Part shown: piece after piece, positions 62,423 through 64,000 of the stretch
How positions within the stretch are numbered: the first letter of the stretch is position 1
Layout of the letters: each line of letters starts with the position of its first letter
Assembly (NCBI GenBank): GCA_049472315.1
Contig: JBLIRN010000003.1
Coordinates: 7,523 to 71,522, forward strand
DNA from: a bacterium
GTDB lineage: Bacteria; SZUA-182; DTGQ01; JAFGSM01
Direction: 5' to 3'
DNA: 64,000 nt
Program-made: the position numbers and the translations under genes
The notes under the pieces: model-generated
Databases searched by the model: none
What the model was told of the DNA's origin: nothing
What the model saw: the letters and a program-made list of their open reading frames with translations, nothing else

Positions 62423-63661
62423 ATGAACGAACAGGAAAAGATAGAGCTCATTACCCAGATAAGCCTTGATATCAACAAGGTGAAGGACCTCGACATCCTC
62501 CTCGAGCGAATACTGACCAATGTCAGAAAATTCTTTAATGCGGATGCAGGCTCTATCTATCTCAAACAGGGTGACAAATTGAAATTCAGCTACACCCAGA
62601 ATGACACGCTCGCCACGCGTATGGGACCCAACAAAAAACTCCTCTATACCACCTTTTCCATACCGATCGACAATGATTCCATTGCGGGGTATGTCGCCAG
62701 GAATCAGCAGATCCTGAACATCCCTGATGTATATGTCCTGAGTGGTTCGGAGGCGTATACCTTTGATGAGAATTTCGATCGGGTATCGGATTACAGGACC
62801 ACCTCCGTCCTTGCCGTGCCCATGACCGACCAGCGTGGCGAGGTACTCGGTGTCTTGCAGATCATCAATGCAAAGGATGAGAAAGGGAGGGTAATCCCCT
62901 TTGCGCGTTCCAGCGAGGACATGATAGGGCACTTTGCCACGAGTGTTGCCCTTGCCGTGGAGCGTGCACAGGTTACACGGGACCTCATTCTTCGGATGAC
63001 AAGCATGGCCGAGTTGCGCGATCCCGATGAAACCGGCGCACATGTCAACAGGGTCGCTTCGTATGCGGTGGTCCTCTTTGAGGGCTGGGGATTGAGAAAC
63101 GGCCTTTCTCATGCCGAGATCGACGGCAGGAAGGATATGTTGAGGATGGCTGCCATGTTGCATGACGTCGGTAAGGTGGCGGTGAGTGATGTCATCCTCA
63201 AGAAACCCGGGCGCCTGACCTCAAAAGAATACGACATAATCAAGAGCCATACCTATTTGGGCGCAAGGCTTTTCACCGGCATGCGATCGGAACTCGATGA
63301 GGTGGCTGCCGAGGTGGCCCTCAACCACCATGAGCGCTGGGATGGCACGGGATATCCGGGCCATATCGACCTTCTTACCGGTAAACCCCTCCCCGGATTC
63401 TCAGGGCCGGGGAACAGGCCATTGCCCAAAAAGGAAGATGATATACCCCTCTTCGGAAGGATCGTTGCGGTTGCCGATGTCTACGACGCCCTCTCTTCAC
63501 GCAGGTCATACAAGGAGCCCTGGGGTGAGGATCGGGTGATCGAGGAGATGTTCGACAATGCAGGAAGGCAGTTCGATCCGGAATTGATCAAGGTCTTTTT
63601 TTCCTACATCGATGTTCTGAGGTTTTTTGCTAATTACTATCCTGATGTGTCAAGGGTCTGA
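62423..63661 (+). CDS. GAF + HD-GYP cyclic di-nucleotide phosphodiesterase
   Basis: GAF (SIAGYVA, YRTTSVLAVPM, GVLQIIN); HDVGK, HHERWDGTGYP and VADVYDAL..RRSYK. Confidence 0.92.
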   Translation: MNEQEKIELITQISLDINKVKDLDILLERILTNVRKFFNADAGSIYLKQGDKLKFSYTQNDTLATRMGPNKKLLYTTFSIPIDNDSIAGYVARNQQILNIPDVYVLSGSEAYTFDENFDRVSDYRTTSVLAVPMTDQRGEVLGVLQIINAKDEKGRVIPFARSSEDMIGHFATSVALAVERAQVTRDLILRMTSMAELRDPDETGAHVNRVASYAVVLFEGWGLRNGLSHAEIDGRKDMLRMAAMLHDVGKVAVSDVILKKPGRLTSKEYDIIKSHTYLGARLFTGMRSELDEVAAEVALNHHERWDGTGYPGHIDLLTGKPLPGFSGPGNRPLPKKEDDIPLFGRIVAVADVYDALSSRRSYKEPWGEDRVIEEMFDNAGRQFDPELIKVFFSYIDVLRFFANYYPDVSRV

Positions 63662-63705
63662 ACCCCTTAATGCAGTCAAGGGGATTCACCGCCCCGGGCA
63701 GGTGA

Positions 63706-64000
63706 TCAGTTCCATTCGATGTCCTTGATGGCTATCTGGTTCTGTGACCTGTTCTCCCTGGCGAGGGGCTCTTGCCGGGTGAAGGATTTCCCCATGTGGT
63801 AGGCGTGGATTGAAAGGGCGCCGTTTTCCCGAATGGTTATAATGGTGTATCCATGCTCGTATTTCTGTCTTTCCCGTGAGTAGGTCATCGTGGGTACCGA
63901 TATGATGCAGGGGGTATCAACGGGGATGTCCTCATCGAACACCAGATCGCTCCTCTTCGCACCGATGCCGGATTTAGAGGTCATTTGAAATCTATGTTCG
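63706..64000 (-). CDS. Hypothetical protein, probably the C-terminus of a gene starting beyond the window
   Basis: The frame of track ORF 63706..63984 stays open to the window edge. Confidence 0.45.
   Translation of the reverse strand, partial: EHRFQMTSKSGIGAKRSDLVFDEDIPVDTPCIISVPTMTYSRERQKYEHGYTIITIRENGALSIHAYHMGKSFTRQEPLARENRSQNQIAIKDIEWN

Overview
A GC-rich bacterial chromosomal segment. Gene content suggests an anaerobic diderm of Desulfobacterota-like affinity (inference). It contains housekeeping genes (mutS2, rpsU, hisI) and a long branched-chain amino acid/phospholipid operon (ilvD-ilvB-ilvB-ilvN-ilvN-ilvC-psd-pssA-leuA-leuC-leuD-SEC-C-leuB-asd). The [NiFe]-hydrogenase maturation genes are split by a hicBA/secreted-protein insert. 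Also present are a selenocysteine formate dehydrogenase fdnGHI, a PIN-type TA pair, tldD, the archaeal-type 3-dehydroquinate pathway, malic enzyme, two NDK paralogs, an HPr fusion and several low-complexity secreted proteins. The most striking item is a five-gene DUF11-like operon (50.7-62.0 kb) with a sigma54 promoter, divergent from a GAF/HD-GYP gene. Its subunits appear to carry split domains: N-terminal 'N-x-A' donor hairpins and C-terminal acceptor domains lacking those strands. This suggests a donor-strand-complemented, possibly isopeptide-crosslinked pilus with an outer-membrane anchor and a tip adhesin. All family calls come from motif recognition by eye; no database searches were run.
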